The position numbers and the translations under genes are program-made. A stretch of 64,000 nt of DNA from Acidobacteriota bacterium (GTDB lineage Bacteria; Acidobacteriota; Vicinamibacteria; Vicinamibacterales; JACQTH01), in the NCBI GenBank assembly GCA_016178075.1, contig JACOUA010000329.1, positions 3,539 to 67,538 of the forward strand, read 5' to 3'. Positions 45,900 through 54,195 of this stretch are shown piece by piece. Below the pieces are notes generated by a model. It saw only the letters and a program-made list of their open reading frames with translations, was not told where the DNA came from and searched no databases. Position 1 is the first letter of the stretch; every line of letters begins with the position of its first letter.

Positions 45900-45902
45900 A
45901 CT

Positions 45903-45932
45903 AGAGGCCGGGTTCACCCGGCCTCTTTTTTT
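45903..45932 (+). terminator. Rho-independent terminator (AGAGGCCGG-gttcac-CCGGCCTCT + T7)
   Basis: 9-bp GC-rich stem followed by TTTTTTT. Confidence 0.85.
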
Positions 45933-46038
45933 GTACGTCGCCCTCTCTTGCCGTTAGCGGCTCTACTCCGCTACAGTTCACGCTTATACTCCACGTATCG
46001 GGCGGCCGTCTCAGCGATCTACCGAGGAGGGCAGTTTC

Positions 46039-48939
46039 ATGAGACCTCGAAGCATCGGCCTTTGGGTCGCGCTGATCGCGCTGGCGATCGGCCTGGCCAC
46101 CCCCGCGGCGGCCCAAGAGCTCCGTGGGCGCATCACCGGCACGGTCACCGACAACACCGGTGCCGTGCTACCTGGCGTCTCGGTCACGGCCAGCGGACCC
46201 GCGCTCATCCAGCCGCAGAGCAGCGTCACTGGAGCCGATGGGAGCTACCGCTTCCCGGCGCTCCCGACCGGCGTCTTCACCTTGACGTATGAGCTTGCGG
46301 GATTCCAGACGCTCAAGCGCGAACAGATCCGCCTGGGGTTGAACATGACCCTGACGGTGAACGTCGAGCTGCAGCTCTCGTCGCTGCAGGAAACCGTGAC
46401 GATCACCGGTGAATCACCCACGGTCGACGTCAAGACCACCGCCATCGGGACCAACTTCACCAAGGAGCTGCTGCAGGACATTCCCAACGCACGGGACATT
46501 TGGGCGGCGATGGCGCAGGCCCCAGGGTTCCAGATGACCGGCTTCGACGTCGGCGGGTCGCACACCGGGACGCAGACGGGGTACATCACCTACGGTGTCG
46601 GCGACCAGAACAAGACGTTTCTCGAGGGCATCAACGTGACTGAAGGCACCGGCGGAAACGCCGGCTACTTCGACTTTGGATCCTTCGAGGAATTTCAGCT
46701 CGGTGGCGCCGGCAACATGGGAGAGCAAGCGGGCCCCGGCGCGTTCCTCAACCTGACCATCAAATCGGGGGGCGATCGATTCGCCGGGCAGTTCTACCTG
46801 GACTACGAAAACGATGCCACGATCTCGGACAACGTGCCGAGCGCTTTCAAAGCGCCGGGCGGTGTCGACTCACGCGGGTTCAAGGCCCCAACGATCCGCG
46901 ACCCGGCGACCGGACAGTTGTTGGGCCTGGCGCGCGGCAACCCGATCACCAAGCAGTACGACCTGAACGTGAATGGCGGCGGCCCGATCAAGCGCGGCAA
47001 GGCCTGGTTTTTCACGAGCTACCGCGACAACAATCAGTACACGACGATTTTGGGCCTTCCCGGGGTGACCGCGCAGAGTCAGCTCGTGAACTGGCCGACG
47101 CTCAAGGGCACGTATCAGATCAGCAAGAGCAATCAGTTCATCGCCTTCTACAACGAGCGATCCAAGCTGCAACCGCTGCGCGGCCTCTCGCTTGCCCGGC
47201 CTGCGGAATCGGCACAGTGGCAGGATTCGAAGAACCGGCCGCAAAAGTACGAGTGGACGAGCGTCCTTTCCCAGCGGGCGTTCCTCGACATTCAGTACTC
47301 GTACTGGGGTAACTACTTCCCGCTCTTCCCGACGCAGACGAAGTCCACGTCGACCGAGGGAGTCCCCGTCGGTCGCATCGACCTCACGACCAACCAGGAG
47401 TCCGGCGCCAACGTCCTGTACCACTTCCGCACGACGCTGAAGCCGCAGTTCTCGGGAAGCCTTGCCTACTTCCAGGACAACTGGGGCGGCACGCACAACT
47501 TCAAGTTCGGGTTCGAGGCGTATCGCGAGCGGAGGAAGTTCCTCCGCTTCCAACCGGGCAACATCTACTACCGGGATCGCGAGGGCCGGCCGTCGGAAGT
47601 CGACATCTACAACACCCCCAATGAAGCCGCCGACGATTCCAATAGCCTGAGCATTTACGTCCAGGATGGGTGGAGCGTCTCGCGGGCGCTGACCATCAAT
47701 GCCGGGGTTCGGCTGGATCACTACAGGCTCGGCTGGCCGGCTCAGAGCTTCACACCTGAGCAAACGCAGTACTTCCAGCCGGTCAACACGCCCGACACGA
47801 CCGTCGCGAAGTTCAATTCGGTGAGCCCGCGCGTGGGGCTCGCCTGGGATTTCGGCGGACAAGGAAAGAGCGTCGTCAAAGCCTTTTACGGACGCTTCTA
47901 CTACAACCCCAGCACCGACATCAGCTCGTTGGAGAATCCCGTGAGTCAGTCGGCCCGGCGCTACCAGTTCAACGACCTGAACGGAAACCGGGTGCTCGAC
48001 GGGCCGCAAGAGCTGGGACGCTTACTGTCGAGCGTGGGCGGTGGCGGCAACGTGAGGGTCGATCGCGATCTCGAGCACGCCTGGGGCCAGGAAGTCTCGA
48101 CGCATTTCGAGCGCGAGCTGGCCGAGGCGCTCTCGGCTCGAGTCTCCTACGTGTACAAGGGCACGCGAAACGGGTGGGCCGAGGTGGACCTCGCTCGAGT
48201 CAATGCTTATACAGCGCCGTTCCCATTTGTGGATGTCGGGCCCGACAACATTCGCGGCACATCAGACGACCAGACGCTCAATCTCTTCGATCGCCCGGCT
48301 GGCACTCCGAGTCAACGAACGTTCACGAATCCCGGACGCATTCAGGGAGTGCCGGCGTACGAGGGTGATTACCACACCATCGAGCTGGCGCTAAACCGCC
48401 GGTTCAAGGACAAGTGGCTCCTCCTCACGTCGTTCGAACAAACCTGGGCCGACGACTTCCGCGGCACGGGCGTGGGAACTGGGACACTCGCGACGGTGCA
48501 ACAGGGCACGGCGTTCCTCTGGCAGCCGAACCGGCGACGCCTGGGTCGAGAAGCGACCACGTTCTGGAACTACAAGGCGATCGGCCGCTATGTCTTCCCC
48601 TGGGACATCGGCGTCAGCGGGTCCTACAAGTTCCAGAGCGGCTTCAACTACGCGAGAACGATCAGCGTAAGCCTGCCCATCGCCGGAAGCGAAGAGATCC
48701 GGACCGGGCCACTAAAGGACACCCGCGCCCAAAACGTCCACATCGTTGATGTGCGGCTCGAGAAGATGATCAACTTCGGTGCTCGCCGCGGAAAGTTCAG
48801 CGCCATGGTCGACGTTTTCAACGCGCTGAACGCGAACCCGCTGACCAACTTCCGCGTCGTCACCGGGTCGCGCTACAACGAAGTGATCGCGCTGCTCGAT
48901 CCGCGCATCGTGCGGTTCGGCGTGCGGTACGAGTTCTAG
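46039..48939 (+). CDS. TonB-dependent receptor-like outer-membrane protein with a carboxypeptidase-regulatory-like domain (paralogue 2)
   Basis: Collinear with paralogue 1 (GRITGTVTDNTGAVLPGVSVTASGP...; ..RIVRFGVRYEF). Same GGAGGG-N6-ATGAGA translation start context. Confidence 0.88.
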   Translation: MRPRSIGLWVALIALAIGLATPAAAQELRGRITGTVTDNTGAVLPGVSVTASGPALIQPQSSVTGADGSYRFPALPTGVFTLTYELAGFQTLKREQIRLGLNMTLTVNVELQLSSLQETVTITGESPTVDVKTTAIGTNFTKELLQDIPNARDIWAAMAQAPGFQMTGFDVGGSHTGTQTGYITYGVGDQNKTFLEGINVTEGTGGNAGYFDFGSFEEFQLGGAGNMGEQAGPGAFLNLTIKSGGDRFAGQFYLDYENDATISDNVPSAFKAPGGVDSRGFKAPTIRDPATGQLLGLARGNPITKQYDLNVNGGGPIKRGKAWFFTSYRDNNQYTTILGLPGVTAQSQLVNWPTLKGTYQISKSNQFIAFYNERSKLQPLRGLSLARPAESAQWQDSKNRPQKYEWTSVLSQRAFLDIQYSYWGNYFPLFPTQTKSTSTEGVPVGRIDLTTNQESGANVLYHFRTTLKPQFSGSLAYFQDNWGGTHNFKFGFEAYRERRKFLRFQPGNIYYRDREGRPSEVDIYNTPNEAADDSNSLSIYVQDGWSVSRALTINAGVRLDHYRLGWPAQSFTPEQTQYFQPVNTPDTTVAKFNSVSPRVGLAWDFGGQGKSVVKAFYGRFYYNPSTDISSLENPVSQSARRYQFNDLNGNRVLDGPQELGRLLSSVGGGGNVRVDRDLEHAWGQEVSTHFERELAEALSARVSYVYKGTRNGWAEVDLARVNAYTAPFPFVDVGPDNIRGTSDDQTLNLFDRPAGTPSQRTFTNPGRIQGVPAYEGDYHTIELALNRRFKDKWLLLTSFEQTWADDFRGTGVGTGTLATVQQGTAFLWQPNRRRLGREATTFWNYKAIGRYVFPWDIGVSGSYKFQSGFNYARTISVSLPIAGSEEIRTGPLKDTRAQNVHIVDVRLEKMINFGARRGKFSAMVDVFNALNANPLTNFRVVTGSRYNEVIALLDPRIVRFGVRYEF

Positions 48940-49017
48940 GCACGAAGGCACGAGGGCTGGCCGCGCCCGGGCACGGTGAGGCGCGGCCGACCCCACAAGG
49001 ACACGAAGAAGACTGTG

Positions 49018-49044
49018 AGGCCGGGGTTACCCGGCCTTTTTTTT
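49018..49044 (+). terminator. Rho-independent terminator (GGCCGGG-gtta-CCCGGCC + T8)
   Basis: 7-bp GC stem followed by TTTTTTTT. Confidence 0.85.
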
Positions 49045-49050
49045 AGCTTA

Positions 49051-49255
49051 GTACCGCGTTTCATAATTACGGTGAGGCACCGAGGGCGCCGAGGCGCCCG
49101 CCCCGCAAGGCGCGAGGAGGGAGAATACCGGGAGTATTTGACCGACGAGCAACGCCGCGGAACCGGGGCCCCCAACGCGCGTTTTCCAGCGCGTTGGGGT
49201 GGTGGGGCGGGATGCATCGGCGGCCGAATGCCACCGTAATTATGAAACGCGGTAC
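49051..49255. mobile_element. Composite MITE-like hairpin element: 25-bp perfect terminal inverted repeats, TTA flanks, shared core and a nested CCCCAACGCG module
   Basis: GTACCGCGTTTCATAATTACGGTG ... CACCGTAATTATGAAACGCGGTAC, with TTA on both sides. The core GAGGCGCCCGCC..GCAAGGCGCGAGGAG..ATACCGGG.GTAT..GACGAGCAACG..GGCGGGATGCATCGGCG is shared with 34881-35037. CCCCCAACGCGCGTTTTCCAGCGCGTTGGGGTGG (~49170-49210) is nested inside. Confidence 0.6.
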
Positions 49256-49257
49256 TT

Positions 49258-49349
49258 AGGACTCACGACTCAAGGCTCATGGAGAAGGCATTCTATGAGC
49301 CATAAGACGTCAGCCGTGGGCCATGAGCCGTCAACCGTGAGCCGTGCCG
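49258..49349. repeat. Heptamer-type inverted repeat, word GAGCCNT / ANGGCTC
   Basis: GGACTCACGACTCAAGGCTCATGG ... CCATGAGCCGTCAACCGTGAGCCGTGCC, immediately upstream of the spermidine-synthase-like gene. Confidence 0.65.
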
Positions 49350-49366
49350 GATGTACACTGCTCGAC

Positions 49367-52300
49367 ATGTCCGGCCGCCGCGCGTTGCTCTCCATCTACG
49401 CCCTCTCCGGCGCAGCGGCGCTCATCTACGAGGTCTGCTGGACTCGGCTCCTCACGCTGCACATGGGTCACACCGTGGCGAGCGTCAGCACCGTGCTCGC
49501 CGCGTTCATGGGAGGCCTGGCGGCTGGCGCCTCGCTCGCGGGCCGGCTCTCGGCGCGAGTCGATCCTCAATCCGCCCTCCGCGCGTACGCCGGCCTCGAG
49601 ATCGGGATCGGGGGCTTCGCGCTGGTGCTCCCGTATCTCCTTGCCGCGTGCGATCCGATCCTGGCGGGCGCCTATGCGAACGGCGACGGTGGCGTGACGT
49701 TCGGCCTTGCGCGTGTGGTCTCGAGCCTGCTTCTCCTGCTCGCGCCGTGTGCGCTGATGGGCGCGACGTTCCCGATGGCGGCGCGCTGGTTCATGCGCGA
49801 CGTGGCCAGAGCCGGCGCTGACGCCGGCAGCCTGTACGCAGCCAACACCGTCGGGGCGACACTCGGCGCCGTCGCGGCCGGGTTCTGGCTGATTCCGGCC
49901 CTCGGGCTGCGCGGCACGACATGGATCGCCATCGCCTTGAACATCGTCGCGGCGGTCGCCGCCTGGCTCGTGGCGGGATCACTGGGTGCCGTTCGCCCTG
50001 GGCTTGTCGGTCCACCACGAACGACTGTCACGCGACATGCGGGAGACGAGACCAGCGATGCGAGAAGAAAGGCGCGGAACAAGGCGGCGGCTGTGCCTGC
50101 TCCAGTTGTCCCACACCCGTGGCTTGCGACGGTGGCGATCGCGACCTCCGGCTTCGTCGCGCTCGTCGACGAGGTGAGCTGGACGCGCGTGCTGGCGCTC
50201 GTCGTCGGCCCGACGACGTACGCGTTTTCGGCGATGCTGGCGGCCTTCATCGCGGGGATCGCGGTGGGATCCACGCTCGGATCGCGAATCGCCGCGCGCG
50301 CGAGGCAGCCGATCATCTGGCTCGCCGCGTGTCTGGCGTGCGCGGCGATCGGCAGCGTCGCCGCCGCGTCGGTGGTGGACGACGGACTGATCTTCGTCGG
50401 CGATCGGATTGCATCGCCCGACGTGCAGTTCGGCTCGGTAGTCCTGCTCCAATCGACCGTCGTGGCCGTGCTGCTCCTGCCCTTGACCCTCGCGCTGGGA
50501 GCCGCCTTCCCTTTCGCAGTCGCGACAACGGCTCGCCGGCCCGACGGCCTTGCCGGCGACGTCGCCGATGTCTACACCGCCAACACCCTCGGCGCGATCG
50601 CTGGATCGTTCGCGGGCGGTTTTGGCCTGATCCCGTTGCTGGGGCTGAGCACGACGTTGCGGATCGCGGGGGGCCTTGCGATCGTCGTCGCGGGCGGGTC
50701 GCTGCTGGCCGCAGGCATGAGTCGCCGAACCCGGCTCACCGCCGTCGCGGTCAGCGTCGCATGCCTGACCGCCGTGACGCTCATCCCGAGCTGGGACACC
50801 GAGCTCCTGTCGAGCGGCGCTTACAAATACGCGCCTTACCTCCGGGGCACGGATCTGAAGTCCGCCTTGAAGGTCGGCGCGCTCCTCTACTACGACGAGG
50901 GCGCGGTGGCCACCGTCACGGTGAAGGAAGCCGGCGGTGCGGTGTCGCTCGCCATCGACGGCAAGGTCGACGCGTCGAACGCGGGCGACATGCTGACGCA
51001 GAAGCTCCTCGCCCACGTTCCGCTGCTGCTGCACCCGCACCCCAAGGAGATCTGCATCATCGGCCTCGGAAGCGGCGTCACGGCCGCCGCCGCCCTCAGC
51101 CACGCGGTGAGCCGCCTGGACGTGCTGGAGATCTCGCCCGAAGTCGTCGAGGCCTCGAGCTACTTTTCACGCGAGAACCATGACGTCCTGAAGGATCCGC
51201 GCGTCCACCTGATCGTCGGCGACGGCCGAACCCATCTGCTGCTCGCCCCGCGGCAGTACGACGTCATCGTCTCGGAGCCGTCGAACCCGTGGATGGCGGG
51301 CGTGGCGTCGCTCTTCACCGCGGAGTTCTTTCGCGCGGCGCGCGCGCGTCTCGCCCCCGGCGGGATCCTCTGCCAATGGGCGCACACCTACGACATCAGT
51401 GAACAGGACCTGCGATCGATTGCCGCGACGTTTCGGACCGTGTTCCCGGACGGCACGATGTGGCTCATCGGCGCCGGGGATCTGCTGCTCGTGGGCTCGG
51501 ACCGGCCGCTGGAGGGAGCGCTGAATCAGATCGGGAGCCGTTGGGAAAGGCCGGGCGTTGCCGCGGATCTGCGGGAGGTTGGGGCGACCGAGCCGTTTGG
51601 CCTGTACGCGATGCACCTGGCCGGGCCCCAAGGACTGACAAGGTTCAGCCGTCCGTCGAACGCGACCATCCCGATCCAGACCGACGATCGGTTGAGCCTC
51701 GAGTTCTCGGCGCCCCGAAGCATCTACGGTCGATCGAGCAATCGCACGCTCGATCTGCTGCGCCAGATTGGAAAGGACACGCCCGTGCCGACCGTCATCG
51801 ATGAGGCGCGCCGCAGCCGGAATCCCCGGTCGTGGCGCGATCTCGGCACGATGCTGCTTCGCGCCGAAGCGTACGACTCGGCGGTCGATGCGCTCCGGAG
51901 ATCGGCGGGACTGGACCCGGGCGATCGCGACACGCTCGCCAGCCTCACACGCGCGGCTGCCGCGGTGAACCGCCTGGACGAGGTGCAACGGCTGCTCGAG
52001 CAGATGGCCACGGACCAGCCGGACAACACTCCGGTCCGCGTCGAGCTCTCGCGACTGCTGTCCTCGCGCGGGCAGTACGATCGGGGAGTGCAGTTCGCCG
52101 AAGAGGCGCGGCGCATTGCGCCGGCCGATCCCCTGGCGCGGGAACAGCTGGCGTCGATTTATGCGGACATATCCGACCTGGGCCGACTCCGGCCGCTGGT
52201 CGAGGAGATGAATCGGCTTGCTACCGACCGCGACGACACCGTCTACTACACTGGGGCGTTGGCGTTTCTCTCGGGCCAGCCGGCCGCGGCGGTCGACCCG

Positions 52301-52630
52301 GCGGCGCGGCTGGCGGCGCGCAATCCGCGACACGCCCGGGCGTACAACCTGCTGGGCGCCTGCTATGCCAGCCTCGGGCAGACCGATCAGGCCCGTCAGG
52401 CGTTTCAAGCCTCGATTCAGGCCGACCCGAGAGACCCCGCGGCCTACGCCAATCTCGGGGTCTTCGAGCTCCAAGCCGGCAACCCCACCTCCGCCGCGGA
52501 GTATTTCGCGGAAGCGCTCACGATCGATCCCCGGTCGCAGGTGGCGCGCGTTGGGCTGGCCGATGCGCTGGACCGCCAAGGCGCCCGCGACCGCGCGTCC
52601 CGGCTGCGGTCCCGGGAACCGTCGCCTTGA
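49367..52630 (+). CDS. Fused polytopic membrane domain / spermidine synthase-like domain / C-terminal TPR protein
   Basis: Start MSGRRALLSIYALSGAAALIYEVCWTRLL. Two MFS-like TM bundles. Spermidine-synthase fold (ICIIGLGSGVTAAA, VIVSEPSNPWMAGVASLFT). TPR repeats at the C-terminus. The ORF-track start 49199 lies within repeats. Confidence 0.85.
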   Translation: MSGRRALLSIYALSGAAALIYEVCWTRLLTLHMGHTVASVSTVLAAFMGGLAAGASLAGRLSARVDPQSALRAYAGLEIGIGGFALVLPYLLAACDPILAGAYANGDGGVTFGLARVVSSLLLLLAPCALMGATFPMAARWFMRDVARAGADAGSLYAANTVGATLGAVAAGFWLIPALGLRGTTWIAIALNIVAAVAAWLVAGSLGAVRPGLVGPPRTTVTRHAGDETSDARRKARNKAAAVPAPVVPHPWLATVAIATSGFVALVDEVSWTRVLALVVGPTTYAFSAMLAAFIAGIAVGSTLGSRIAARARQPIIWLAACLACAAIGSVAAASVVDDGLIFVGDRIASPDVQFGSVVLLQSTVVAVLLLPLTLALGAAFPFAVATTARRPDGLAGDVADVYTANTLGAIAGSFAGGFGLIPLLGLSTTLRIAGGLAIVVAGGSLLAAGMSRRTRLTAVAVSVACLTAVTLIPSWDTELLSSGAYKYAPYLRGTDLKSALKVGALLYYDEGAVATVTVKEAGGAVSLAIDGKVDASNAGDMLTQKLLAHVPLLLHPHPKEICIIGLGSGVTAAAALSHAVSRLDVLEISPEVVEASSYFSRENHDVLKDPRVHLIVGDGRTHLLLAPRQYDVIVSEPSNPWMAGVASLFTAEFFRAARARLAPGGILCQWAHTYDISEQDLRSIAATFRTVFPDGTMWLIGAGDLLLVGSDRPLEGALNQIGSRWERPGVAADLREVGATEPFGLYAMHLAGPQGLTRFSRPSNATIPIQTDDRLSLEFSAPRSIYGRSSNRTLDLLRQIGKDTPVPTVIDEARRSRNPRSWRDLGTMLLRAEAYDSAVDALRRSAGLDPGDRDTLASLTRAAAAVNRLDEVQRLLEQMATDQPDNTPVRVELSRLLSSRGQYDRGVQFAEEARRIAPADPLAREQLASIYADISDLGRLRPLVEEMNRLATDRDDTVYYTGALAFLSGQPAAAVDPAARLAARNPRHARAYNLLGACYASLGQTDQARQAFQASIQADPRDPAAYANLGVFELQAGNPTSAAEYFAEALTIDPRSQVARVGLADALDRQGARDRASRLRSREPSP

Positions 52631-52653
52631 TCTCCGGCGAATCCAACTTCTTG

Positions 52654-52690
52654 GTGTCAAAAATCCAACATCAACGGAAGTTTTTGACAC
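52654..52690. repeat. 10-bp perfect inverted repeat GTGTCAAAAA-N17-TTTTTGACAC
   Basis: Read directly. Lies 24 nt after the stop of the long fused gene, at the edge of a lower-GC spacer. Confidence 0.6.
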
Positions 52691-52868
52691 ACTGACGCCC
52701 ACGCGCGATTCGATTCCGCACGCGACCCCAGACCGATCGCACCCCGAAACACACCGAATTCCGCCCAGTTTTATGCTCGAGTGTCGATCCCGCCCATGCG
52801 ATCCGGGCTGGCGCAGGAAGCTCCGAGCACAGGCACAGCGATTGCTTAAGGCCGAGTTGGAGCACCCA

Positions 52869-53081
52869 ATGAGTCTTGTCAGACTGCTCGGATTCACCAC
52901 CCTCACCTGCGGCTGTGTGATCGGTCGCTACCGTGAAGTCGCCACCCACCGCGAGCTCGTTTACGTCGAGGAGAAGGGGGACGCCTGCCAGAGTCATGGG
53001 CATCGGCGGAACCACACGATTTCCTCCGGGACCGGCCTTCAGGGTGTGACGGCGATCTTCGCCGGCAGCAAAGCGTCGTAG
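52869..53081 (+). CDS. Small hypothetical Cys/His-containing protein (70 aa)
   Basis: GGAG 6 nt upstream of the ATG. MSLVRLLGFTTLTCGCVIGRYREVATHRELVYVEEKGDACQSHGHRRNH.. has a C-x-C ... C-x2-H-x-H pattern. No family recognised. It is embedded in a longer out-of-context track ORF (52218..53081). Confidence 0.4.
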   Translation: MSLVRLLGFTTLTCGCVIGRYREVATHRELVYVEEKGDACQSHGHRRNHTISSGTGLQGVTAIFAGSKAS

Positions 53082-53160
53082 CGGCGAGTTCAGATCGCGA
53101 TACAATCCCGGCGACGCGGGCTCGCGCCGGCCCTGAGCCTTCGAAGCGTCGACCAGGACT

Positions 53161-54063
53161 TTGACGTCCTTCCCCCAGCCAGACGCTCTCATCCGAACAG
53201 ATACGGCCACGCTTCGGTTTTGCGCCGGAGACTGTCTCGATCTGCTTGCCAGGCTCGAGCGCGCCAGCGTGGACGTGGTCGTCACGTCGCCTCCCTACAA
53301 CCTGGGTATTCGTTACAGCACCTACCGCGACTCGCTTCCGCGTGACCAGTACCTGGACTGGACGGCGCACTGGGTACAGGCGGTCGCGCGTGTGCTTGCG
53401 CGGGACGGGTCGCTCTTTCTGAACGTCGGGGCCAAGCCAAGCGATCCGTGGGCGGCGCTCGACGTTGCCCAGGCGGTCCGGCCGTTTCTCTACTTGCAGA
53501 ACACGATTCATTGGGTCAAGTCGATCGCGATCGATCAGGATGCGGCGGGGGCGGCCGCGGAGCTGACCCGGGGCCTCGCGCTCGGACACTACAAGCCGAT
53601 CAACAGCCGGCGATTTCTGAACGACTGTCACGAGTTCATCTTCCATTTCACCCCCACGGGCGAGACGCCGCTCGAGCGACAAGCGATCGGCGTGCCCTAT
53701 CAGGACACCTCGAACATCGGCCGTTGGCAGTCCGCCGCAGGCGGCCTGCGGTGTCGGGGCAACACCTGGTTCATGCCCTACGACACGATCCAGGATCGCG
53801 CCCGCGAGCGCCCTCACCCGGCGACCTTTCCGGCACGGCTACCCGAGTACTGCATCCGGCTCCATGGCCGGGAGCGCGTTCGACTCGTGGTCGATCCGTT
53901 CCTCGGCCTGGGCAACACCGCGGTCGCCTGCGCGCGGCTCGGCGTCGATTTCATCGGGTTCGAGGTCGATCGGGAGTATCTGATGGAGGCGGCGGCCCGA
54001 ACGCGAAAGGATGTCGAGTCCCGACGAACGCTGTTCGACAACGTGGAGCCGGTTGAACGGTGA
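53161..54063 (+). CDS. Site-specific DNA methyltransferase, beta class (N4-cytosine or N6-adenine), no cognate nuclease seen
   Basis: Motif IV VVTSPPYNLG near the N-terminus and motif I DPFLGLGNTAVACARLG near the C-terminus (N6_N4_Mtase order). TTG start. Confidence 0.88.
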   Translation: MTSFPQPDALIRTDTATLRFCAGDCLDLLARLERASVDVVVTSPPYNLGIRYSTYRDSLPRDQYLDWTAHWVQAVARVLARDGSLFLNVGAKPSDPWAALDVAQAVRPFLYLQNTIHWVKSIAIDQDAAGAAAELTRGLALGHYKPINSRRFLNDCHEFIFHFTPTGETPLERQAIGVPYQDTSNIGRWQSAAGGLRCRGNTWFMPYDTIQDRARERPHPATFPARLPEYCIRLHGRERVRLVVDPFLGLGNTAVACARLGVDFIGFEVDREYLMEAAARTRKDVESRRTLFDNVEPVER

Positions 54064-54080
54064 AGGCTGAGAATGCGCTT

Positions 54081-54181
54081 GCAGGCTCTAGGCTCCGGGC
54101 TTTAGGCTTGAGGCCTATTCCCGAGCCGGCTTCACCTGATCACGGTCAGGCCCAAAGCCACGAGCCTAAAGCCTAGAGCCA
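54081..54181. repeat. Heptamer-type inverted repeat, word AGGCTNN / NNAGCCT
   Basis: CAGGCTCTAGGCTCCGGGCTTTAGGCTTGAGGCC ... GGCCCAAAGCCACGAGCCTAAAGCCTAGAGCC. Confidence 0.8.
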
Positions 54182-54195
54182 GACAAGAGGCACCT

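Noticed and set aside
51167-52906. 579-aa minus-strand ORF
   Set aside because: It is antisense to the TPR/spermidine-synthase fusion gene and has no motifs.
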